The translations under genes and the position numbers were made by a program. From positions 87,317,463 through 87,381,462 of the forward strand of contig NC_068986.1 in NCBI RefSeq assembly GCF_001194135.2: DNA of 64,000 bases, read 5' to 3'. The number at the start of each line of letters is the position of its first letter. The stretch's first letter is position 1. Under the pieces are notes generated by a model. It saw only the letters and a program-made list of their open reading frames with translations, searched no databases and was not told where the DNA came from. Source of the stretch: Octopus bimaculoides. Its lineage: Eukaryota. Positions 52,736-64,000 of the stretch are shown piece after piece.

Positions 52736-53142
52736 CAACTGTAAGCTGATTGAGTTAGTCGTTTAAATGAAAGCCAGTACTTGATCCTTATTTTATTTTA
52801 TTGGGTCCCGGAAGGACACTAGATTTAAACTGGGGACGAGAAAAGAATGAGGATAAGACGAAAAAGAAGATTGAGATCGACCAGGAGGTGAAAAGAGATG
52901 GGAGGAGGAGTGAGAAGGATATGAAAAGAAGGAGTAATAAGGGACCACCCTCAAAGGAAGAATAACGAATAAAATGAAGGAGATATAAAAAGGACAAAGA
53001 AGACATGATGGATGGATTGATGGAAAGAAGAAAGATAGGAGAGAAGAGGTAATAGGAGGAGGAAATGAATGAATATGAATGGCGAAGGAATATTGATATA
53101 AAACAGGAATAAGAAAAACAGGGAAAAGAGCAACAGAAATAT

Positions 53143-53148
53143 ATGCGC

Positions 53149-53203
<55 letters not shown>

Positions 53204-53325
53204 TGTGTGTGTGTGGTGTGTGTGTGTGTATAAATATAGATATGTACGCATGTATGTATGTACATGTTTATGTACACATATGTACATATGTATTATATAT
53301 ACATGTATGTATATATATGTATCTT

Positions 53326-53358
<33 letters not shown>

Positions 53359-53457
53359 GTATATATATATGTATATATGTATGTATACATGTATATACAT
53401 ACATATGTATATATATATATATATACGTATATATATATATATACGTATATATATACG

Positions 53458-53488
<31 letters not shown>

Positions 53489-53670
53489 ATTCAAANNNNN
53501 NNNNNTATATATATATATACACACATACATTCAAATATATATATACATATATATATATATACACACATACATTCAAATATATATATACATATATACATAA
53601 TATATATATATATATATGTGTGTATATATATGTGTGTACACACACACGCACATATATATATATGTAGTAA
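53143..53670. repeat. Compound (TG)n/(TA)n/(CA)n microsatellite field, representative of dozens of such arrays
   Basis: Direct reading; includes duplicated flanks around a 10-N gap. Confidence 0.9.
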
Positions 53671-54367
53671 TAATAGGAGAGTAATGTAGGAAGGCTGAGA
53701 GAGAGAGAAAGCGAATGTGTAAATGAGGGAAAAAACGTGGATAGAGAGAGATAAGTGTGACGGTGAGAGGTGGGAGTCGATCGTCGAGTTTGATGACAAA
53801 ACACAGCGTCAGATGGCATATGACTGTCGTGAAACAGATTGCAACGGAGAAATACGCCATCTTAAAAACGTAAAAAAAGAAAACAAAGGGGGAATAATAA
53901 GCAGCAGTCAACAAGAATAAAAAATGGCGACGTAATTTCTCGTTTTTGCCCAAACGACACGTTTTGCTTTTGTTTAATGGTTGCTCGGCTGTCCTGTTCT
54001 TTTATTAAATGTTTATTCTAACAGATTAAGGGTGCGTGTTAGGGGGACTTAAGCGGGGCTAAAAACCCATCTTTTTTGTCTGTTATTTTCATTGTTATTT
54101 TTTCATATTTATATGAATCGTTGTTTTATTTTTCTTCCCCTTTTTATCCTTACTTTATACACGGAACAGTAGTTGTCCAATTAATACGTATTTCCAATGT
54201 ATATATGTGCAATTTTGTTCTTCAGTTTGATTTTAGATGTATGTACGAGTGGATACACAAATACTCAAGCACACAGTGTATTATATAACTGTATATATTA
54301 CACACACACACACGCAATATATATGTGTATGTGTGTTGATATATTCATATATATTATCTATATATTG

Positions 54368-54448
<81 letters not shown>

Positions 54449-55416
54449 AAGAAACATAGATATATATATTTATCTATGTACTGACATGTGTGCACATACA
54501 TAAACGTATACACGCGCACACACATATATAGATGTATATGTAGATATATACAGACAAACGCGAAGACGTGTGCACCTGTTTAGAGATATACACACGTGTG
54601 TGTATTCTGAGCACACGAGCGTCTGTATTTTCTTTGTGCGAACATTCGAGACGGACGACAAATTGAATTACCGTCGATATATAGATATACGTGTGAGTAA
54701 TTTTGCGGCTTACATGGGATCGAATAAGGACGGGTGTAAATACATTTGTCGCCCGCTCTGTACGTACACACCCGCAGACAAATAGTAGAATATACAGTCG
54801 GACATCAGGGTGTGTCCAAACCAGTATAGACGCATGCAAAGTGTCTTAGTATACACGATGGACAAAGTTACTGCATATTACGCATGTATGTATATCTTAA
54901 AGTTATTGCTGCACATACGTGAGCATGTATTCGTGCAGATATGCCACTATGTAAATTTGAATATGGCCACAGCTGTCTATGCGTATGAGTATAAACACGC
55001 TTATATTTACATGCACAATTATACCATACATGTGCACACACACACTCACACACACACACACACACATGTGCGTGTGTATATATGTGTATATTAATATCTG
55101 AAAGCGCATGTATAAACTTAAACATGTGTGAAGACATAGGCAGACGCACGCGTTACGTATTACACGTATGCTATTATGCTCTTTGTGACGCCTTTATATC
55201 AGCAGTGTATGCAATGGTGGGGTGTGAAGTTTAATAAAAAAATAAAAAAGACATATGAAATGTTAAAAAGAAAGGATTGTAAGACAACACGAATTTGAAG
55301 ACGATCATCGCTATATCATGGCTGCTAGACATACAATTTTAAACTGTCTGTAGCACAATTGCATTTTGTATTTGTCAATGTATACATATTATACAATTCC
55401 GTGTGTCTGTGTGCGC

Positions 55417-55500
<84 letters not shown>

Positions 55501-55678
55501 ATATACATATATACGCACGTGTCCGTGCGTGTATGTGTACATCAATGTATTTGCATTGAAGAATGACTAGAAAAGTATATCGATTGAGAATAAAATAAAA
55601 ATAAAAAATAAAAACGAAACACTAATCTGGAAGACAAAGAGATATAAGTAGACAGAGAGACAGAGAAAGAGACAGACG

Positions 55679-55747
<69 letters not shown>

Positions 55748-56002
55748 GAAACAAAACACATGAGAAAATGAAAGGAGATACAAGAAAAAGCAAGGGGAAA
55801 AAAAACGCTATCTCACTTCATACGTCGAGAACAGCACTTCCGGTCTGAGACGTAAAGCTCTCTACCGTCCAATAGTTTACAAGAGTAATTAACAAGAACA
55901 AAACAAAATTAAAAAATAACATGTCTATGCCCGAACCGTCATCTCCCTTCTAATTATCTGGCTACCGCTCCCTGCCAACCGCAATTCGCTGTATCTTGAA
56001 AG

Positions 56003-56290
56003 GGATGCGTGGTAAGAAGTTTACTTCCTAACCACATTGTTCCGGGTTCAGTCCCACTGAGTGGTGGCATCTTGGGCCATAGCCCGGGCCGGCCAAAGCC
56101 TTGCGAGTAGATTTGGTTGTCGAAAACTGAAGAACACACACACACACACACACCTATGAATCTATCTTTGCTTTTGATTATCCTCCAGCACTGCCTGGCA
56201 GACAGTGGTGGTTTGTTTATTCCCCCGTAACCTGGTGGTTCGACGAAAGAGACGATGGTATAAAGACCAGTCTTATATGAAATAAATGCT
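56003..56290 (+). mobile_element. SINE family B copy (partial, degraded)
   Basis: GTGGTAAGAAGTTTACTTCCTAACCACATTGTTCCGGGTTCAGTCCCACTG. Confidence 0.75.
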
Positions 56291-56687
56291 TTGCCTTTTG
56301 TGTTGCTTTTGCATAATTTGTAAAATACTGTGTCTCAATTTGCCTCCCAGTGGTATCTATACAGACATGCACGCGCACGCACACACACACACGTACTCTC
56401 CTGGAAATACAAAAGGCAGTAAGTTTGTCATTCCAACTAGTTTAATATCAAAGATATGTTTGATCTTTCGAGCCTTTGCAATGTTTCTGAACCATTTTGT
56501 ATCATGGCCTACTTCCAAGTTCCTTCCACGTTCACACAAAATGTATCCTTCAGCCTTACATACACGGCCAAAATATATAGAATTCGTATAATTGAAACAA
56601 GTGTTAATGAAACTTCACTGCAAGTTGTGTTCACTTATTAATTAATTACTTAAACCTAATTCTGTAGAATTCGACGCCATATCAAGA

Positions 56688-56902
56688 TAATGGCTTCAAG
56701 TTTTGGCACAAGTCAAGCAACTTCAGAGAAGAGGCTAAGTCGATTACATCGACCCTAGTATTCGACTGGTAATTATTTTATCGAACCCGAAATGATGAAG
56801 GGAAAGTGGACCTCGGTGGCATTTGAGCTCAGGATGCAAAGGCAGACGACATGCCACTAATTATTTTCCCCGGCGTGCTAACGATTCTGTCCGCCTGCCG
56901 CT
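56688..56902 (-). mobile_element. SINE family A copy
   Basis: AGTCGATTACATCGACCCTAGT...GGCGTGCTAACGATTCTG. Confidence 0.8.
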
Positions 56903-57493
56903 ATGCCATATGAAAATACTGCCATGACAGGTCGCGAAACACTGCTCTACATAAGATGGGTCAAGGTAGTCTCCTTCTGGCTGTTCTTTTTCCACACCTG
57001 CTAAGTAGTGTCTCGTCTAACCAATGCTCTTTAAACTCAGATATAAGGTAAAGTGAACTGCTCAGGTCAATTTACAAATCAATCTCTCCAGGATCGGAAA
57101 AAGAAATAAACAATGTATTCGTTAGGTAATGAGGTCAAGACAATCAACAATATTAGTAATGAGTAATACGTTTATCTCGCTGTGACAAATCTTTGATTTA
57201 GTAATTAAATTTTGTTATTACTGGACTGTCAGATGTGTACATGTACTTTAGGATTTCGTAATTGTTTATAAAATATTATCACATGATATAGCAGGGAGAT
57301 CGTTTTTTCAAAGTAATTCTTTTGTCACTTAAAAGCCCGAAGAATGTCACTGTTGGCAACCTTATCACTAGACTAAACCTTTCTGCTAAAATACCGGGCC
57401 CTATATTGTAGTTAAAAACCAATATTGTCAATAGTAGTAGTAGTAGTAGTAGTAGGTCGAGTAGCTCATCCCGCTCAAAAGGTCCCTGAATCA

Positions 57494-57531
<38 letters not shown>

Positions 57532-57552
57532 TGTAGTAGTAGTACCAGTACG

Positions 57553-57765
57553 CGGCGGCGAGTCGGCAGAATCGTTAGCATGCCAACACGCTTAGCGGCA
57601 TTTCGTCCGTCTTTCCGTTCTAAGTTAAAATTCTGTGGAGGTCGACTTTGCCGTTCATCCTTTTCGAGATAGATAAATTAAGTACCAGTGGAATACTGGT
57701 GTCGATGTAATCGACTAACCTGTACCCTCTACCCCGAATTTAAGACCTTGTGCCGGTCGGTTTTT
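57553..57765 (+). mobile_element. SINE family A copy
   Basis: GGCGGCGAGTCGGCAGAATCGTTAGC...GAGGTCGACTTTGCCGTTCATCC...GTCGATGTAATCGACT. Confidence 0.8.
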
Positions 57766-58280
57766 GTGCTAAATCCCGCGCGTCCCTTATTTTGTTCTGT
57801 CCTTTGTTAAGTGTTCAGCCCTTGTGGCCAATAAAGTGACGATTATTATCATTATTATTATTAGTAGTAGTAGTAGTGGTACGACGAGGAGGAGGAGGAG
57901 GAGCAGGAGAAGGAGGCCGCACGAGCTGCTTACAGGACCATAATACAAAGCGCAACAACCACCACCACCACCAGTACCACCACAAAACACCACTACATCT
58001 GCCACATCACAACAAAGATTCCATTGCCCAATTTATTTACAACATATCATATCAATTCCGTCGACTTATTGTGTTCGTTAACAATTACGTTAAGTGTGAT
58101 GTTTTCTTTCCTTCTCTTTTTTCGTTTGTTTTGTTTTGGTTTTGTATTTATAGTTTATTTCTGGAACAATCGATGACTGCTTCGAGTAGACCTAATGTAG
58201 AGTAACGTAAGTAGCCTATATACATTTACTGCCATTGCTATTCTAGTGATATAGACTTAGCAGCAGCAGCAGTAGTAGTA

Positions 58281-58347
<67 letters not shown>

Positions 58348-58471
58348 TCTGCCCTCTTGCACGCACACAGCTACATATATGCATGTATGTATGTATGTAT
58401 GCTTGTGTGTATGTGCAGAAACACTAACACATAAATACGCCTTAGCACATATTCACACACACACACGTGTA

Positions 58472-58552
<81 letters not shown>

Positions 58553-58859
58553 ATATCATTTAATATACGCTAGGCCTAAAAGATTTATTTATAGTTTCAT
58601 GCTGTAGAGATACAATAATTTGGTAGACCTATATAACATGCTATGTCTCTCCAAGCAATCTCTCTTTCTCGCATCAGTGAATATCGTTAGTTGTATTTAA
58701 AAACCAGAGCGCTACTCTATGGAGAAAGCATAAGAAAAATGCGATGGGGGTTGATGCAAAAAGTGGAACGAGAAGAAAAACATCAGCAAAATCTCCCCTC
58801 ATATCATACGAACTTTACACTGGACACAATGCTCTTACATTTGATAATGCCCTTGCAGG

Positions 58860-58920
58860 AATAGCTATGATCATAGGTTTGCTCGATCCGGAACGTCCGG
58901 TGGCTAAACAACAAACACCA
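58860..58920 (+). mobile_element. Third retroelement tail (family C) ending in GGCTAAACAACAA; related minus-strand fragments at ~38442-38500 and ~40466-40540
   Basis: Shared ..TGCTCGATC....GGGCT(A/G)AACAA motif at three sites. Confidence 0.4.
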
Positions 58921-58925
58921 AACAC

Positions 58926-58984
<59 letters not shown>

Positions 58985-59582
58985 CATTCATCGTCATAGC
59001 TGTCATCATCAATATTATGATTATAATTACTATTGTGACTATAATTATTATTGCGGATAATACAATAAAAATGATAATGCCGTAGTTGATGATAATTATA
59101 ACAATAAATGACAATTAAAACCATTAGTCGTCAGTTGTAATTATAATAATCTTTGTTAATTACCACTGTCCTTTTATTAATTGCTCAAAACCAGCAGCCC
59201 CTCATCATTTATCATCGTTGTCGTCATTATTATTATTATCATCATCATCATCATTGTTACTGACATTATTGTTAACGGTAGGGTGGTGATGATAGTAGTA
59301 GTAGTAGTAGTAGTAGTAGTAGCAGCAGTAGCTCATAATTTCTATTATTCAATGCATCATCATCATCATCATCATCATCATTGTAATCATCTTCATTATT
59401 GCCGCCATCGTAGTTGTCACCGTCTCTGTTGATCGTTAGCTCTGTCGCCGTTGTGATGACTTCTTTTTTTTTCTTTGTTCGACATCAAAGACTTTGAGCC
59501 AATTGAAACGGTCCTCATTTCTGTCTTTTCTTCTATTTCTTAATATGCACACCAGCACCACCACCAACAACAACAACACCAT

Positions 59583-59619
<37 letters not shown>

Positions 59620-59649
59620 GCTNNNNNNNNNNAACAACAACAACACCAT

Positions 59650-59686
<37 letters not shown>

Positions 59687-59734
59687 GCTGCTGCTGTTGC
59701 TGCTAATACTACTAATAATACCCTCATCACCATC

Positions 59735-59955
59735 ATTTTAAGAATCCATTCTACTAGAGGCACAAGGTCTGAAATTTATGGGGAGGGAAATATTCGATTA
59801 CATCGACCCTAGTGCTTAACTGGTACTTAATTTATCGAACACGAAAGGATAAAAAGCAAAGTCGACCTCAGCAGAATTTGAACTCGGAACATGAAGAGGG
59901 ACGAAATACTACTAAGCATTTTGCCCGGCATGCTAAACAATTCTGCCAGCTCGCA
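59735..59955 (-). mobile_element. SINE family A copy
   Basis: TTCTACTAGAGGCACAAGG...AAAGTCGACCTCAGCAGAATTTGAACTC...TTCTGCCAGCTCGC. Confidence 0.8.
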
Positions 59956-60065
59956 TCACTGTAATAATAATTATGATGATGTTGATACCCTCCTCATCGA
60001 TATCCCCGTGGCTAATAATAATTAAAAAAATATATAACAATGGTGATGATGATGACGACGACGAC

Positions 60066-60101
<36 letters not shown>

Positions 60102-60427
60102 TAATAGGCACAAGGGCATCTATGAAGGGAGGCATCACTAGAACAGTCAACAATTTGTGTGGGGATTTACATAAACGATGAAGAAAATGAAAAGGAAAAG
60201 AGAGTGGAATGCGATAAAAGGATACGAATTATACTTATTTTTTGAACTCCTGAGCGATGTAGTCCTCCCGAAAACAGAGAAATTCCAACTATGGCCAATC
60301 AAGGAGCCTTGCAGAATCAGATATACCCTGACCATCAAGCCACGAGTTCCCCCCCCCCCGCAAGTGTTGATCTCCAATCTACAGGTGTATTCTTTCTACT
60401 AAAGGAACTCGGCATGAAACTTCGGGT

Positions 60428-60535
60428 AGGGTTCTACTCGATTACATCGACCCCCAGTGCTCAGCTGTTACTTATTCAATCGTCCATCTTCCACGGAAGA
60501 TGACAAAGTAAAAGTTGACCTCAGCAGGTTTTGAA
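60428..60535 (-). mobile_element. SINE family A fragment
   Basis: TCGATTACATCGACCCCCAGTGCTCAGCTG...AAAGTTGACCTCAGC. Confidence 0.6.
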
Positions 60536-60717
60536 GAGAGAAAAAGAAAGGGCTGTCACTAGATAATACCACCACAAGACATATTTTGTGCGACGCTCAG
60601 CCACTACAAAATAGTACTGTGTTAACGAACACAGACATTAGTATTGGTACAACCACCATTACCATCATCACTAATACAAAACCTCCATTCCTCATCACAT
60701 TCCAACGCAATGTTGCT

Positions 60718-60759
<42 letters not shown>

Positions 60760-61385
60760 ACCATTTCTACAATATTCACTAATAATACTACTACGATCCA
60801 TAACACTAGCTTGGCGATATTTTCACTCAATGCAAGGAAAATTTATGCAGTCACATACACACATATATGCATTTGCAACACACACACACACACACTCACA
60901 CAACCATTCATACACATACAAACTACATACAGACATGTCCGGATAGTCGTACACACGCTCACACGTATAAGACAGCATACATATCTATAAATATAGTTTT
61001 CCAGAAAGTCTATGGGTTAACATGATTCTAAATGTGTTGTGTAGTAGACAGTAAGGAAGAAGGAATGGATGAGGGAGACGGTGAGAGAGACAGAGTTTGA
61101 GAAGGATACAGAGTGTTGGTGGGAGTGAACGAACGGGTGTTAGGCCCGGGTAGGATTTGCAGTGTATTATCAACGTGGTTTATACACTGACCATATATGA
61201 GTATATATATACATGATATATATATATATATATATATATATANNNNNNNNNNNNNNNNNNNNNNNNNNNNNNNNNNNNNNNNNNNNNNNNNNNNNNNNNN
61301 NNNNNNNNNNNNNNNNNNNNNNNNNNNNNNNNNNNNNNNNNNNNNNNNNNNNNNNNNNNNNNNNNNNNNNNNNTATGTATATATT

Positions 61386-61446
<61 letters not shown>

Positions 61447-61593
61447 CGTATATAATTTCGGTTTATTCAGAATGGAAATCGTGCAGGATGAACGCTACAT
61501 CACATGCTTAACTGTATATACATACGTACATACACACGCATATGCATAGACACACACAAATACGTACAGAACATATACCCGAACAGAGAAGGG

Positions 61594-61640
<47 letters not shown>

Positions 61641-61649
61641 GAGAGAGAG

Positions 61650-61696
<47 letters not shown>

Positions 61697-62838
61697 AGAG
61701 AAGAAATGCGTTTATCAAAGAAAAAGAAAGGATTAATGAGAAACTCAATCTCAGATTGGCAGTGCAACAGTACACATACACACATATATGTATGTGTATA
61801 TATGTATATGGATGTATATATATTTGTACACAGATACACACACACACATATTTGTATACAATGGATTACTCCGTCACATCGCTATTGTTACGTACCCATC
61901 GCTGCAAATGAATTATAAACGGATATGGGGGCCAATCCATTCTATAGCCTGATATTTATCACTGCACCCACCAAACCGTTTTACACCGCAGTAAACGGAG
62001 CTTGTCGAAAGATGCCTGCTTTCGTTGCTAACACCACCCACAACGCAAGCAAGCCACACCATCTAACATACCCCTGCAGCATTCTGCTACCCAGGACCAT
62101 TTCGATATTCACTTGTTTTAAGTCATGTTCTTTCTGTTTGCTCCGCACACGAAGGGCACCCCATATTTATTTTAGATGTTCTGAGTGTGTCTATGAGAGC
62201 GCACGTGTGTGAGAGAGAAGGGAAACAAATAAAGAGAGAAAGAGAGAGGGCGTAAGAGAAAGAGGGTGAGAGAGAGAATGAGGGTGAGAAAGAGAAAGAG
62301 AGAGAGAGGCTGTATTCCTCGCGGGTGTTTTATTTTGTTTTTCTTATTCTTTTACGGGTGCTTGATTGATTGCTGGTTTCGTGTAGTTTGGGCAAATACC
62401 AACCTCCTCGTATTCTCATGCAGCGTGTGCAACCATTCAATATACATACATAAAGATATATATATATAGATAATTCATACACACAGATATATATATGTAT
62501 ATGTATATACACATGCATATATGTCATGCATGCATGTATGTACGTATATATATATATANNNNNNNNNNNNNNNNNNNNNNNNNNNNNNNNNNNNNNNNNN
62601 NNNNNNNNNNNNNNNNNNNNNNNNNNNNNNNNNNNNNNNNNNNNNNNNNNNNNNNNNNNNNNNNNNNNNNNNNNNNNNNNNNNNNNNNNNNNNNNNNNNN
62701 NNNNNNNNNNNNNNNNNNNNNNNNNNNNNNNNNNNNNNNNNNNNNNNNNNNNNNNNNNNNNNNNNNNNNNNNNNNNNNNNNAAAGCTGTTTTGTCAAGTC
62801 AAGTATATATATGCAAAAAAACACTTATTGTGTGTGTG

Positions 62839-62890
<52 letters not shown>

Positions 62891-63395
62891 CATACGCACA
62901 TATATTTCTACTCACACAGTAATTTCTTTTTATGAATATACATATATAAATGTATGTATGCTTGTACATACACATGCACAGATACACTCGAACACATCAC
63001 ATGCGTACGATTATGTTATATTACGCATTCATATATATACTCACACTCATACAGCACGTTGGTACATCCCCCAACAAACCATGTTCCACACGCCTCATTC
63101 GCATCAAAACACACACACACACACACGCACAAACACACACACAAACATACACATACACGCAGAAGTCTTCCCCAACCCCCACCCCTCACCGATATCTTCG
63201 CCCCGAGCTAGCATGTTATTCTTATAAGAATTTCATTAAGACTTCGTATGATGCTATGTTCTCGCTGTCTTTTTTTGCAGTTCACGAGTAATTGTAGCGT
63301 TTGCCTCCAGGACATAGCAATCGTCAGTGGCTCCCTCTAATAGAAGGAAGCTACTATCAACGTGTATTTATATATGAATGTAACTGTGTGCATAA

Positions 63396-63462
<67 letters not shown>

Positions 63463-63831
63463 TATATATTTATATATACATATGTATGTGTATGCCTGTA
63501 TATATATATGTGTGTACATGTAGCTGCTGTCATCTAAAATGAAGTTTCTCACTATCCATCCATATATACATACACACAACACATATACATACATATGTGT
63601 GCATGCATGTATTAGTTTTGACGTTTATTTGTTGTATCTATCCCCTATTCTATTTTAATATTGTCTATTATATTTATCTTTATAATATTTCCATTATTCA
63701 TATACGTATTTCCCCCCCCCCCCCNNNNNNNNNNTTATTCAGTCGCAGCTTCTTTTTTTTTTTCCTTGTCTTACTATAAATATATTCACACTTACACAGG
63801 AGCACACATATATGCTACAGCATCCATTCCC

Positions 63832-63883
<52 letters not shown>

Positions 63884-64000
63884 AAAGGCATATATGTGTG
63901 AATCTGCAGTGCATATATATATAGAAAGATAGACATACATACACATATATATATATATAGATACATACATACTTATAGATATATATACATATATATATAT

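Noticed and set aside
52317-53953. Poly-R/S/L and YI/CV/HT repeat ORFs
   Set aside because: Translations of (AAG)n, (TA)n, (TG)n and (CA)n microsatellites.
19622-60535. Apparent minus-strand (sense) bias of SINE-A copies (about 12 vs 5)
   Set aside because: Small sample inflated by tandem pairs; not convincing.
62030-62070. Plus-strand CGCAAGCAAGCC resembling RKQA of the SALL N-terminus
   Set aside because: Wrong strand, and no upstream MSR.
1-64000. CRISPR arrays, prokaryotic operons, rRNA
   Set aside because: Eukaryotic intronic DNA; no regularly spaced repeat-spacer structure or rRNA-like sequence seen.

Overview
AT-rich, microsatellite-saturated animal genomic DNA with many N-gaps. The tRNA-like SINE families and repeat landscape point to an octopus (coleoid cephalopod); this is an inference. 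The only well-supported coding sequence is one large minus-strand internal exon (24810->22747, 2064 bp, phase 1/phase 1) of a spalt/SALL-family zinc-finger gene. It encodes the N-terminal C2HC finger (DAHVCGKCKEEFLDLAEFLAHKKSC), the SALL motif NVIIEPLPETRAAVAQF, a Gln-depleted version of the Q-rich multimerisation helix, and long D/E, G, N/S, H and A low-complexity tracts. I found neither the first exon (MSRRKQ-type NuRD motif) nor the C2H2 double-finger exons, so the rest of the window is probably intron or upstream DNA. That DNA holds about 30 copies or fragments of two SINE families, smaller retroelement tails, decayed Penelope-like (PLE) relics, hammerhead-ribozyme-like repeats, two compact hairpins and several motif-dense unique islands that may be enhancers. 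Nearly all other ORFs in the track are artefacts of microsatellites or N-gaps. I see no novel multi-gene system. The best leads are RNA-level: hammerhead-like repeats, a circRNA-type configuration around the exon, and a hairpin carrying a miR-22-family seed.
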